A DNA stretch of 64,000 nucleotides from Ginglymostoma cirratum (taxonomy: Eukaryota), in assembly GCA_024137785.1 (NCBI GenBank), contig JAHRHZ010000029.1, positions 15,578,725 through 15,642,724 on the forward strand, in the 5' to 3' direction. Position 1 is the stretch's first letter; each line of letters begins with the position of its first letter. Under the pieces are notes generated by a model, which was not told the DNA's origin, ran no database searches, and saw only the letters and a program-made list of their open reading frames with translations. Below, piece by piece: positions 30,501 through 44,600 of this stretch. A program made the position numbers and the translations under genes.

Positions 30501-33500
30501 TGTCTGGTGTTCTCAGCCTAGCAATCTGTTATTAAAATCCTCAGATCCAACTAAGCGTGTTATTGCAGTCTCAGGGCTTGGTAAATGGCAATCATTGCGA
30601 ACCCCCAAAGTCTGACACTAATGGTATTACAGCTTCAAGACCTTGGACTGGCTGCCTTCACTGTCCCGATCTCTGTGCCATTGCTACCCCACGCTATCGT
30701 GTTATTGTTCAGCTGTATTGTTATTTATTATTGTCCTAGAACTGGAGGAGTGGTGAAATATTAGAAGGTTACCTTTACATAAGGCAATTGTCATAAGTTT
30801 ATGATAGTCTAAAGAATTGTCATTGTGAAGTGTCGGTTAAAGGGTTATGTCAAAATTTCAATCCAGCACTTACTATCCTTTAGTCTTGGTCAGGTAGCTA
30901 AAGTTTCCTGTTGTAGTGCACTATGTTCAAGTATCTCAAGAAATACGGTGCAACCAAAATGAGGACATGTTGATTTGAGAGCAGCTTAAACAGGGAACTG
31001 AGCTCTGGTTTAACACCCTAGCAGAAAAGTGGGGTTATGATAATTCACTCCCTCAATACTGCATTGAAGTGTTCAGGTTAGTTTTTGCACTGAGTCCTGT
31101 GCTAGGATTGAAGCTTCAGTCTTCTGACCTTCAGAAGGGTGAATGCTATCACAGAGACAAGTTGGCACTTGGTATCCCCGCAGAATTCCATTTCCATTCT
31201 TCCATTCAGATAACACCAAGTCATATGGGGCAATGCAGTGGGGAATGACCATTGTTTTGTCCCAATTACCAACAAAATGGAACATTACTTTTTGTTCATG
31301 ATTAGACAACTTGATAGGATGATTATTTGTAGTACTATACCTGTTACCAATGTCAATATACATTTTGCATCACTTTAGTTTCATAAATGCCTAATTATTT
31401 ATGATTTTCAGAGAAGTATTTGGTTTTGTAGCTTTATTTATAACTTCTCATTATGAAATCAATCCTTTATTTGGACACTGTCTGAGAAGATTTTTTCCCC
31501 CCAGTTTTAAGTACAATTTATTAGCAGCAAAATTGTGAATGCAGTTTTGTTGTAGGATGTATTTGCAATCAGAAACATTTTTTTAAAAATCAGTAATGGT
31601 ATTTGTTTTAGGGAGTATTTCATGTTTCGTAATACAAACTTGACTCCTGCTACAGATAGTTTTTTTTTCCCTCAGTAAAATTGTGTTTTTTTTTTAAAGT
31701 TGTAGTTTATTTCTGCCAGCTACTTTACTGTCTTGCTCAACATCCCTACTCTATCAGCAAGTGTAATTCTGACTCTGTTAATCTGACTTCACCATTGTCC
31801 CTTATATGTTCTATCCTGTTCAGCAGCTTCAAGTCAAACTTTAAAACAATGTTGTTTCTATCTCACTCTGCAGCCACCTAGTCTGAACTCTCAGTTCAGT
31901 TAAACTAATTCTAGTGTAAAAGATGAATGACGATCAGTCATCTGCGTGCTAGAAAATCTGGATTCTGGGAATCATTTAACCTCCTGTCCCGAGTTCCAAA
32001 ATGATTCAAAGTAATAATACTTTGGTTATATTTTATTCAGCATAAGTAAGATTCAAGATATGCTATTATTTGAACACTGTTAAGCTGTGGGTGGAAGACT
32101 GGTCTCTCCATAATCACTCCCTGGTTATGCCAATCAGTGGGGCATCTGGCCCAGGCTCCTTTCCAATTCCCATTGTCCTGTAAGGTACGTCTGTTTGTGG
32201 AATGGTCCCAAATCTGCTTTGAACAGACACTGTCCCCTCAGAATTCCTTTGTATGCTTCCTTTCCGCAGTAAATTGATCTCTGGAAATCAATTCAATCCA
32301 ATCACTGCCTAGCTTTATCTGAATGGCCCAACTACCAAAGATGTCAAATTCATCTATCTGCTAGTCCAGGGTAAACTCCTAAGAGCTTTGGCTTCCCATT
32401 TTACCTATCAGTTTGGAAACATTGAGTGGATAGTGCTTGGCCAAATGATGACTTTGGTAATGACTGAGCTAAATCAGTCTCCATCGACTTTGGAAATAAA
32501 GTGTAAGGATGGAATTCCTAGCAGAGGAGCTAGACAAACTAAAACTGTTGTTAAATTAAAAGGTTTATCTTTGCGTTAAGATGGTTCTGTTCTTCACCCA
32601 CTGGCTCTTTGGAATACAACACGTCAGGCTAAAAAACTTTATAGCATCTTACTCCAATGCCCTGAGTTGGCAGCTTTTTTCTTTCCCAATGTACAAAATG
32701 CAAAAGTGGTAAAAGAAGGTTATGCATCCGCTGATCATATAATATCCTTTCATTTGGGTACAGTTGAGCCACGTTACTTGATCTTGTTGACAGGCTAAAG
32801 TCTGTGATGCGGAGCAGCATCAAGATTATGAAAGCTGGAGATAAAATGGTAAATCAAGAACCAGTGATTTATTGATTTTTGGGCATGAGTTTTAAAAGAT
32901 AAGAGATTTCAGGAAGGAAGATACTAAGTTCCACAGTTTTAAAGTGTTGGTGAAGAATGACTTTGAAGAGGAGATGGCATGCTATGTCTTGATTTAAACA
33001 CAGTGAGGATGCAAGGAGGAGGAAGAGTACAGCATGACACATTCAAAGCTATGGGGAAGAACAATTACTTTAACAGTAACACGTGACAAGCCACAGCTAT
33101 AAATGGGGACTCCTCCAGTCTACATCAAACAATTCACACTTTTTTTCATTATGCAGGTTGGATCTCTGCCATCAGATTTCATCCTTTAGTTAACAGAAAG
33201 TGGAGTAAGTAAGACATTCTAAGTATCTTTCACGTTGGTTGACCTACTCCAATGCAGGGTTCCTTGTTTAAAAGAAAACGTATTAATTACTTTTAGAGTG
33301 GTACCCAGGAATTACTTCGATTTATGAAAGGAAGCATCATCTTAAAGTTATATATTTTTTAAATTATTGCAGACTGTTGTCACAATATTTTCTTGGTTAA
33401 GTCATCATATGAAATTTTTTGCCCTGATCTAAAGAAAAATGCTCTGATTGTGCAAATGTGTGTGTTATTTGTGTTTGGACAGAACATTGGATAAATATAA

Positions 33501-34273
33501 TACTTGGATAAATTACTGATTGTGATAGCGCAAGGAGCAATTTATGGTTTGGAGTAGATCACAAAGTGTACTGAAGATTGAAAGTATTGGTTTAAAAGAA
33601 TTTTTCTATCCCGTACAGACGACATCTGGACAGCTACATGAATAGGAAAGATTTAGAGGAATATGGGCAAAACGTGGGCAAACGGGACTAGTTTGTTTAG
33701 TTTGGGAAATTTGGATGAGTTGGGCCAAAGGATCTGTTTCATTGTGGGATATTTATAATGGATTCCATCACACAAAATGATCTTTCGTGACTTATCATAC
33801 GATTAGATACTGAATATTATAGGTAAACATAAAGACCCCATTGTTCTACTGGATCATAGAGCTCCTCTCTCAGAGGAGCTGGTTGCTTTATACTGAGGGT
33901 CAGCACACTTCAGGGCAGGGGAGTGGTTGAGAAGGACAGTCTTTCACGGTAACCTCAGTCAGCGGAGCAATTGAATGCACGCTGTTAGCATCACACTGCA
34001 TTGTACACCAGCCATCCAGCTGAGCACAGACAATGAATATTATACTGCGACATCAAATACAAAAAAGTAAAACATTTTAACTGCATAGGATTGGTAGATG
34101 CGGCTACTTACGGTATACAGATCCCTTCAAGAGTAGTTCTTAATTTGCTATTTTACTGTATGAGAATATATTTCTTCTAAATTTGGAAGCAAGACTTTTC
34201 TTCCTTTTATAATCTGCTAAACCATCCAGCAGAGGCCATTACTTGACTGGGAGTGGTGAGATTCCATAAGCTT

Positions 34274-34847
34274 TTTGTGAAAGTGGAGCAGCTAGGTCTT
34301 TTTATATATAGTTTTTAAAATCCTTTGCTGTCTGTGAAGACATCCTCTGCTTAATACGATGTGTAGATGAAGACATCTTGAAGCCTGTATTCGACTTGTG
34401 GATGGTTAGAAAGGTTGAAAAACCTGGAAGATTTCCTGCAACCGCTTTTGTTTTTGGCTGCAAACTGACATTGAAGTGATGTACAATCAGATTGTTTTAG
34501 CAAGTGTCTAAATACATGAATAAATCATCATCATGAGCTCCAGAGATAGTAGGGACCGCAGATGCTGGAGAATCTGAGATAACAAGGTGTAGAGCTGGAT
34601 GAATACAGCAGGCCAAGCAGCATCAGAGGACCAGGAAGGCTGACGTTTCCGGCATCGACCTTTAGCATCCCAAAATCAGTTGCAGAAAATCTTCCAGGTT
34701 TTTCAACCTTTCCAACCATCCACAAGTCGAATACAGGCTTCAAGATGGCTTCATCTACACATCGTATTAAGCAGAGGATGTCTTCACAGACTGCAAAGGA
34801 TTTTAAAAACTATATATAAAAAGACCTAGCTGCTCCACTTTCACAAA
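34274..34847. repeat. 177-bp inverted repeat: 34274-34450 and 34671-34847
   Basis: Manual alignment shows 6 mismatches and no gaps. Confidence 0.95.
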
Positions 34848-34918
34848 GGGTCTAGGCCCGAAACGTCAGCCTTCCTGCTCGGCCTGCTGTGTTCATCCAG
34901 CTCTACACCTTGTTATTG
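34543..34918. mobile_element. Composite PLE insertion: inverted PLE ends enclosing an inverted copy of flanking host DNA
   Basis: 9-bp TSD TGAGCTCCA (34534-34542, 34919-34927); PLE arms 34543-34662 (-) and 34846-34916 (+). Confidence 0.85.
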
Positions 34919-35535
34919 TGAGCTCCAATTCAGGTTAGGAAATCGAATAGGTTTCCAAAACTGTGAAGGCACTTCTTTTTTATCATAATGATAATTATAA
35001 TAACCTGATTTCAGACAGCTTGGTTACAGATTGGCTTCGCCAAATCCTAGAATCTACGGAATTATCACTGGACTTAGCTAAAGCCCCAGCTAAGATTCAT
35101 CAAACTGTCAGACATGGCTTGTCTATTGGAATCTGTATCCAAGTGACAGACTAAGTTTCTGGTCAGCTGGTCAATCATCAGTGGCAATATCGAGTAAGGA
35201 ACAGTGTGCAATGTCAATAATTAAAAGATTAAAGGCAACAGAATAAATTTTTTCCAGCAATTTCTGTTTTTGTTTCTGGCATCTGCGGTTCTTTCAATTT
35301 TTTTTAATAAAATCCCACAAGATTACTAAACTGCCTGTACAAATGGAGAGTAACTTATCTAAATAACTAAACATGGTAGATTGGACAAAATATAAATTTA
35401 AACAAAACATTTTAAATGTGTCCTAATGCCAGAAATTCAATACTTTCTTATTAAATTGGGAGGGGAGTATTTAAATGTTAACTTGCACAAGCATCCACAT
35501 ATTATTTTTTAGGATTTACAGTAAACATTTTGAAT

Positions 35536-35679
35536 ATGGAAGAAACTGACCGGGAAGCTGTGTGGACAGCTGCACAGCGAGTGGCTGGGATGCTGCAGCG
35601 ACCTGATCAGCTTGATAAGGTGGAGCAGTATCGCAGACGGGAGGCTCGGAAGAAGGCCTCTGTGGAAGCCAGGCTGAAG
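35536..35679 (+). CDS. EXOC3: EXOC3 coding exon 1 (exon acceptor at 35513, ATG at 35536)
   Basis: MEETDREAV...SVEARLK, gttagt donor. Confidence 0.94.
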
Positions 35680-38600
35680 GTTAGTAGGCTAGAAGGGCAA
35701 AATACTGTTCTTACTTTTGACCTGCACGTTGCGAAGGAGGCACTTCCTGATATGTTCTCTTTGTGTCATATAAGCAATAACTTGACTACCTGTCGAGTCG
35801 TCATCCTCCTGTTTTGCACGTTGGAAGACAAGAATTCAAGTGAAAAGTGGGAAATGGTTGCATAGAAATGATTCACTTCACATTTAAACGTCATTCACTG
35901 TCTCAATCTTTTATCGTTCCATATTTGAAGCTACCTGTGTAAGCTTGTCATGTAAGTACACTTTCCAATCACTGCAGTGCAATGACTCCGCTGCAGGTGG
36001 CGCTGTCATTGTAGTTTGACAAATTAAATTAAAGTGGACCCAATCATTTATAATGGATAACATTAACTTCCCATTAATCAACTTAAATTCCAATTTGTTG
36101 ATTACACAACGACGAGAGGCACAGTTTTAAGTCTTTGGGTAAAAAAATGCAGCAGGATGAGAGGAAGAACTTTTATGCAGGATATGCTAATGACTTGAAG
36201 CTTTTGGCCTATAAGGGTTTTGCAAGCAAAGCATATCAGTAAGTTTAGAAAGGAAATTGGATGGGAACTTGAGGAAAACAAATTTGCAGGGCTCTGGGGA
36301 TGAAGTGTGGAAATGGGACTGACTATTACGCTACAGCGAGCTGGCATGGGTGAAATGGCCTTCTGTGTTATAATTGTTCTGAGTCTTACTGACTCTGTAT
36401 GATCGTTGCTAGATGTAAATAAAAATGGAAAATCTCGAATATAAATATATCTTAAAGTAAAATAGCTATTATAAAGTACTCAGTTTCCTCAACCTGAGTG
36501 AGGTTTCAGTTGTATTTTTAATCTGTTACTAAACTAATTCCATATGCTAACTTGTAATTTAAAGTCTATGTCCTATCAGAGTTTCTTAAAAATTTAAAAT
36601 ATATTTTAAATGAAAAAGTTCAGATTTACTATTGAGTAATTTATTTAAATTGTTGTACTGAAAGGTGTAATTTTTCAGGTATCTGCTTTTGCCAGGATAC
36701 ATTAAAGTCCAATCAAGAACACTGAAAACATTAACTTTTTTGATACTACTTCTGGCTGTCTCAAATTCTAAATATGACCAATTTGAAACGTACTAAACTG
36801 ATTTTTGTTTTGAGGAATCTGCCGTGCCTTCGTACCCCTGGATTGTTGATATTTAATGTCCTGTAATCCAAATCCTGCCTACAAATGGTATATCAATGTT
36901 ATAACACAGACCTGGCCATTCAGTTCAGCCTGTCCATTTTGACATTTATCCTTCACACAAGCAAGGACAGTTACTGCAGAAAGGAATCATCCTCATTTTA
37001 AATCTTCAAACTGAATGGGAGAATGTTTGTAGACTAAAACTTACACAAGGGAGAAAAAACATCATGTATCTGTCTATAGTTTGAAACAAATTCAATGAAC
37101 CTTCCATAATGATAATGATAAAACTTCATTGGTCAGCAAATGACATGGCCTGAGCAGTGCTTCAAGCTGTCAGCATTTCTGTCCGGAACCTCCAGATGTG
37201 CATTTCTCCTATTTTTACAAACATTGCTTTTTGAATTGTCTTTCAGGCAGCCATCCAGTCCCAGTTAGATGGAGTGCGGACAGGGCTAAGCCAGCTTCAC
37301 AATGCCTTGAATGATGTTAAAGACATCCAGCATTCCTTGGCAGATGTCAGCAAGGACTGGAGACAGAGCATTAATACAATAGAGAACTTGAAGGATGTGA
37401 AAGATGCTGTGGTTCAGCATAGCCAACTGGCAGCTGCTGTGGAAAACCTCAAAAATATTTTTTCAGGTAATTTTAACTCTTGTGTTTTTGGTATGTGACA
37501 ATCCCTGAATGAGAATTTAAACTGAGGAAAATCTTGGTGAAATTAGTCTCTTCAATGTAACTCAGTTTCAGTTAGAGTGCACTTGGTGTTGAATTCTTGT
37601 CTATGATGCTCAGACGATTGACTAGTAATGACAAAGCACAACATCTAAATGTGCCGCGATGGCCACCAATGAACAAATGTAATTCATTCTGTGAAAAATA
37701 ATTACTTGCCATTCTAGATTGAGAATAATTTCCAGATATAATGCCAGCATTAAATTGAAGAGACAACGATATCTTAAATGAGAAGGGAAAGATGCTGCAT
37801 TATAGAATCATACGACAGAAAATGGAGCCAGCCGACTCAACGTAGTGTGCTAGCTCTTTAAAAAAGCTGCCAGTTAATTGCACTTTCTTATTGCCTTGAA
37901 ACATTTTTCTTTGCCTTTTCAAAAAGATATCCAGACCCCAAATTTCTATTGAATCTACATATACCAACCTTCCAAGCATTGCATTCAAATTAATCATAAT
38001 TCACTCGAAGAAATGTAGTTTTCCTCCCTCCCACCTGGGTATTTTTTTTTGCCAGTTATCTTAAATCTTGAATCTCTGTGACCACCAGTCTCACCAATGA
38101 AAATAGTTTCCCTTTATTTTCACTATCAAAACTGATGGTGATTTTGAATACTTACTAAATTTCCGTTAAACTCTGATCTGAGAAGAACAAACTGGACTTC
38201 ATGTAACTAGTCCCTTATTTCAGTACCATTATGTACTACTGCAAAGAATGTTGTCTCAAAGTGCACTGGCCAGAATTGGACACAGCGCTCCAGCCTAGCT
38301 CGTGATTTACCAATGTAATTAATTTATTACCTTTTAACATTTGGGGTAGGATCATTAATAAGGATATTTTGAATTGCTTTTAGGATTTGGATGGTTCTTT
38401 TGGAAAGCAAGAAAAGCATATTTTTGAGTTTCCACAAGATAGCCATTAAATTGCCATTTTAACTGCAATGTGATATGTCACAGCTGCAATATATGGGAGC
38501 TCCTGGATGCCTCTGTGATCCAGGGCATACCTGTCTGAGTGAGTGTTTTCAACTGGAATCCTCAATTCAGAAAATGAGGTGGAAGCCAAACTACAAATTT

Positions 38601-41600
38601 GTCAAGGAGAGGAAGGTTTACTTGGCCATTTTATTCTGGGAGGTGGTCTCACCCCTTATACTAGGACCTTCTGTTTGGTCATTAGTTGGCAAAAGAAAAG
38701 CGTGGCTGCAGCTGGGACAAGGGTGTAGGAGCCTCAGCCTTTGCAGTTATCTGACAGGTTTGAGGCTGTTCTGTTTATTTAGAAGTGGGAATTGCCAGGT
38801 AGGTGAGGTAGTGATAGGGATCGACACTATGCTCTGGAACAAAAAGCAAGAGTCTCGGAAGGTTAACTTACATGCAACAGAATTAGCAGTCTCTGACCTG
38901 TTCTTGTAACTAATTTGCTGGTTACTTTGCTGGTCCAATTAAGTTTCTACTCAGTGGTATCTGTCAGAATGCTGTTGGGGAGGGATTCAGCAGTTGTAAT
39001 GCTTGTTGAATGTCATGGGAAAATTGTTAGATTCACTCTTGCTTGCAATGGCTAGTGTCTGGCACTTGTGTTGCGTGAATGCTATTCGTTACTTAAACCT
39101 AAGTGTGAATATTGTCTAGATCTTTCTCCTTGCAAGCGCAGACTGCTTTAATATGAGGAGTTGCCAAAGGCACTTTTCCATATTAACATTCCCACTTTTG
39201 AGGTTAAAGTTAAGGTGGCCACCCTAAGTATCTCCTGCAGCACTGTTCAGAGGCTGAGATAGTGTCATAGAGCTCAGAAATAGACTCATAATCCCAAACT
39301 AAACTAGCCCCATCTGCTTGCTCCTGGACCATATCCCTCCAAACTTTTCCAATTTGTGTACTTATCCAAAAGTCTTTTAAACATTGTAATTGTATCCATC
39401 ACTTCTTCAGCCACAAGCAAACCACCCTCTGTGTAAAAAAAAAAAAAAAAAAGCCCCTCTATCTTTTAAAATTTCTCTCCTGTCACCTTAGAAATGTGCC
39501 CCATACCCATGAAACTCCCATCCTTGGGGAAAGACAACTACCATTAACTCTATCTGTACCCCTTATTGTTTTGTAAACTCGTATCAGGTCGCCTTTCAAC
39601 CTCCTATGTTGCAGTGAAAGAAGTCCCAGCCTATCCTGCCTTTAGTTATATCTCAAGCCTTCCATACCCGGCAATATCTTGGTGAATCTCGTCAGAACCC
39701 TGTCCAGATTAATAATATCCTCCCTATAACTGGACTACCAGAACTGGACGCAGTATTCCAGAAGAGGTGTCACCAATGCCCTGTACAACCACAACGTGAC
39801 TTCCCAACTCTCTTACTCAAAGGACTGAGCAATGAAGTTGAGCATGCCAAATGCCTTCTAACCACCCTGTCTATACGTGACACGGACTTCAAAGAATTAT
39901 GTACCTGAACCCCTAGGTTCCTCTGTTCTACAAAATAATCTCTAAACAAAACCAGCTTTTTACATATTGGATATGGCTTCAAACAGTGGAGATTTTCCCA
40001 TCTACAAAATTATAAGTTTTTGTCCTCAACACCCATCTCCAAACTGTTTATGTAAATTAGAAAAAGCAAGGGTCCCAACGCTTATCCCTGGGGGACAGCA
40101 CTTTCAACTTTCCTCCAGTCTGAGAAATATCCATCTTACCTACCCTCTGCATAGCTTTTAACTAATTTTTAATTTCTAAGGTTTTGGAGTGGATTTGTAG
40201 GTGAGCAGAGACAGGCACGGGAATTTCTAGAAGCCTGGTACTCCACGAAGAAAGCCATCAATAAGCACATAGAACTCGACCCCATATACACGCGACTATG
40301 AAGGAAAACCGGAAGTGAGGCAATCCAGCTCAACGGACTCCAGAGTTTAAAAACTGGGCAGGAAAACACACCGGCGCTTCATCAGAAGCTGCACTGATGA
40401 TGTTACCCAGCAGGGTAATGAAACGTCTACAGATAAACAAACCAGCTCAGCGAGCCAACCAACCACAATTTTTAATTTTTGTTGGCAAGGAACCATCAAT
40501 CCCAAACATTTATAACCTGCTAACTAACCTGCCATGTGTCAACTTATCAAATGCTTTCTGAAAGTCCAAATATACAACATCCACAGCAACATCTTCCATT
40601 GCCTGCGTCACCTTGTCTAAGAATTCAGTTAAATTTCTCAGACATGATCTGCCCTTGACAAAGCCACGGTCTAGAATTAATTATTTTTTTCTAAGCATAT
40701 ATTTAGCTTAACCCATATTATGGGCTCCATTAGTTTTCCCACTATTGATGTCAAGCTGACAGGTCTGCAGTTTCCTGAATTGTCCTTTGCTGCATTCTTA
40801 TTTGCACATTTGCAATCCTCCACTCCCCTGGGACTAATCTTGTGTTCAGAGAGGCCTGGAAAATTTCTGTCAATGGCTCTGTGATTTGCTCCCTTACCTC
40901 TCTTGACGCTCTAGTATGCATTCCCATCGATGCCAGGCGACTTGTCTACCTGGAGTGCTGTCAGCCTTTTCAGTATCTCTTCTTTACGCTATACTGCTCA
41001 GTTGCTCAACAGTTATATTTTCGACTGGACCATGGTCACCATTTTCTAATTTGCTAAATACAGAAGCAAAGTACTCATTTAGTACCTCTGCCATACCCTT
41101 TGCTTCAGTAAGCAGCTCCTCCTGCTTGTCCCTTATGGGCTCCGATCTGTCCTTCATTAATTTTTCCCTGTTAATATGTTTGAAGAACATTTTACAATTT
41201 GTTTTAGCATAACTTGCCATCCATTCCTCACACTTCCTCTTAGCCTCCTTTTAGCCATAGCCTGTTTCCGTCATTTCAGATACTCTTGCTGATTTTTATT
41301 GCTATTATTATTTTGGTATGCATCATATAGCTCCTTTCTGTTCCTTACTTGCTGATAAATATCTTTAGTCATCCAGGGTGATTCAGCTTTGGATACTCTG
41401 TTTTTATTTCTCATGAGTATGTACCTAGCTTGCACCCTGTTCGTCTCTCTTTTGAAAGTCTCCCGTTTTTCATCCATTCTTTTATTCATCAAAATATATT
41501 CTCGATCCACCTACTTCAGTTTAACTTTTAGACCCCTAAAATCTGTCCTTTTCCCGCCTGGGATTTCAATTCTTGACTGATTTTTATCCTTTTCCAACTT

Positions 41601-44600
41601 AATATTGAACCGTATATTATGATTGCGATTCCCCAAATGCTCTCCCACTCTGTTTTCCATTTAGCCTGCCTCATTTCCTAGAACCAGACCCAGCACAGCT
41701 TCCTCCCGAGTATGACAGGAAATGTACTGTTCCAGAACATTTTCCTGCACGCATTGCAGGAATTTCTCCCCTTCTGTGCCCACACTCTACCTTTTCCCAG
41801 TCTGCCCTAGGATAGTTGAAATCACTGTCCTACTTGCCCTGCAGGTTTCTGTAATCTGCCTACAAATGCTGTGTTCTACTTCCCACTATTGGAGAACTGT
41901 AATAAAAACTCAACAATGTCACTGCTTCCTTCCCATTTCTCACCTCTAACCATATAGATTCTAACTCAGGAACTACATCCCGTTCAAGGGCAATGGTATC
42001 ACCTTTGACCAAGATTGCAACACCTCCCTTTTTACACACCCTGTTTCTACTAAAAATCTTATGGAATATTAAGTATCTAGCCCAGTTCTAGCTTGAGCCA
42101 CATTTCTGTCAATGCTATTATGTAATATTCCTTTTGAGCAATTTCTGCCTCCTGTTGACTAATTTTGTCCACTATCATCTGTGTATTTACATACATAGAG
42201 TTTTGCCCAGTGGAAGGTCACCATTTCTTTGTCCACTGTCAACACTCAAGTCTTCCCTCATTTCCTTTTCTCCATTTCCCATCTTCTCTTTTGCCCTCAC
42301 TGATACTTCCAAAACCAGGTCCATTAGTTGACCCACCAGTCTGTCTTACAAGTTTAAGCCCATCCCCACTATACTAATATACTCTGAGACAAGGGATTAG
42401 GTAGTTTAACAATGGATTTAAGTAGCTTAAATTTGTGACATTGCAACAAGCTGTGTGCAAAACCTGAGCACAGTGTTCATCTTTCAAAACAAATTTATAT
42501 CTACAAAGAATTGACTGTAGAAACATTGGATTTGGCTGTTTTTTTGTGGAAAAAAAATCTAAATCCTTTGCATTTAATACATACATTGGTATAGCCCAAT
42601 GGAGAAGATTACTTCTCTTTTTAAAGAATTGTGAATCAATTTTCTCTATACCAGAGCAATTGTTTCTATCCCCTTCAATTGCATACTGGCACAATAAGAC
42701 AGAAGCCTTGGGGAAAATTCCTAGACTCATGAAATAATGGACAGGTTGTTTGTAAGCAAGAAGGTTTGCTTCCACTGGGAATAGATACTATGTGAGGGTT
42801 CAATTTGTGTTGTTGAACATGTTTTTCTTTACCTATATATGTAAGCCTACAGAAAGAAGCTGTTTGGATCATCATGTCTTTGCTGGCTTCAGAAAATAGA
42901 TGCAATGGGCTACACCTTAATATTCTGTGTAAAGACATTTCCTCTAACCTCTCTTGTCACTATCTTTGTAAAGAATTTGTAAAACACAACTTTATTTGAA
43001 ATGATATTCAGTGAAGAGATTATTTCACTATTTGTATACTGTTTTGCAGTATTACTTTTGTGACATGACTGTACATCAGTTAACATTCTACTTCTCTGGT
43101 TTTATAGTTCCAGAGATTGTGCAAGAAGCCTGTGAACTGATAGAACGAGGAGAACTACTTGCAGCACACCGAAAACTGATGGATCTGGAGTGTTCCCGTG
43201 ATGACCTCATGTACGAGCAGTACCGCATGGACAGCAAGAACACACATGATATGAAACTCATCCAGGCTTACTTTACTGAGGTGCAGAACCTCTCCGAACA
43301 AATGGGCAAGCAGATCTGGATGCTGGTGCAAAGGGCTTCGGTCACAGTGCGCAGTGACCCAGCCCAGCTGGTTTCAGTGATTCGAATAATTGAGAGAGAG
43401 GAAAAAATTGATAAGCGGATGCTTGACCGTCAGAAACAGACAGGATTCATACCACCTGGGAGACCAAAACGGTGGAAAGACAAGTTGTTTGCTGTGCTGG
43501 AACAGACTGTTGCCAATCGGATTGAAGCCAGTCAGTCTGATACACGGGAGCAAGACAAAATGTGGCTTGTGCGTCATCTGGAGCTCTTGCGAAAGTATGT
43601 TCTTGAGGACTTGCTAGTCATGAAGAGCTTGATGGTGCAGTGTTTTCCACCTCATTACAACATCTTCAAAAAACTTCAGAATTTGTATCACCAGGGGCTA
43701 ATAGCGCGTGTAGAGGAACTAGCCTCTGAGGATTTGGAGGCCAATGAAATTGTTTCCCTTCTGACATGGGTTCTAAATACATACCACAGGTAAGAGTTGA
43801 ACATGTTGGTGTGTAATACCATATGGGGTGTGAGTGTGCAATTTTTCTCACATGATTTGTCCAGACCTGTTAAGCTCCCATTTTGACCTGTCATCAGGGA
43901 ATTGGAAGAAACAAACATTTTCTAATTGGTGGGAGAAGGAAAGAAAAATTAGAGGCAAGTTATTGTGGAACCAGAAATATGTATGTGGGTACATTCAGCA
44001 AAACATTTAGATTACAGGTTGATCTGGGTCGTTTACTGAGGATTTTTTTTGACATATCAGCAAGAAATACTGGAAATACTTCTGGCCAGCATTTGTGGAG
44101 AGAATGGATGAATTAGCATTATTGATAAACTGAAGGAATTTGCAAGCATTTTAAAAAAAGAGAGCACAGGGAAAATGCTTCTGTGACAAAGCGGTTTTTT
44201 TTTTCCTATCATGATGTTAGCCTGAAGCAATAGGAACCAAAGTAAAATAAAGCAAATGTATTAACTGCTATGAAACACTGGCATGCTTATCATAGTTGCA
44301 AAAGGTGAGGTAGGAATGAGTGAAGGCATGAAAACCTGAAAAGTAACAATGTCTCCACCGGCCCAGTTTTTTAGGAGATAAGTGTTCCAGTTGACAGCAA
44401 GAAGACGGACTTCAAGATGCTATGCCTCATGAGGTATTTTTGACTCCCAGTCGAGGTATTAAAGCCATACTTTAATTAGAATTTTAGGAATCCTCATGGT
44501 TTCTGTTGAACTAATTATCAGCTGTGCCATCTTCTTCCAGTGAAGAAAACTTGCACTAAACTTGTATTTATTTTGACTAGTATTTTTAATCAAGGCTAAG

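Larger units (their letters stand above)
39950..42130 (-). mobile_element. Degenerate CR1 ORF2 (endonuclease to RT)
   Basis: Minus-strand [32 protein letters not shown] motifs. Confidence 0.85.

Noticed and set aside
29898-30535. Overlapping 75-164 aa ORFs
   Set aside because: Expected stop-codon depletion in a GC-rich promoter; non-ATG starts for most and no recognisable domain
43011-43107. N-terminal part of the 260-aa ORF
   Set aside because: Intronic read-through upstream of the true acceptor at 43107
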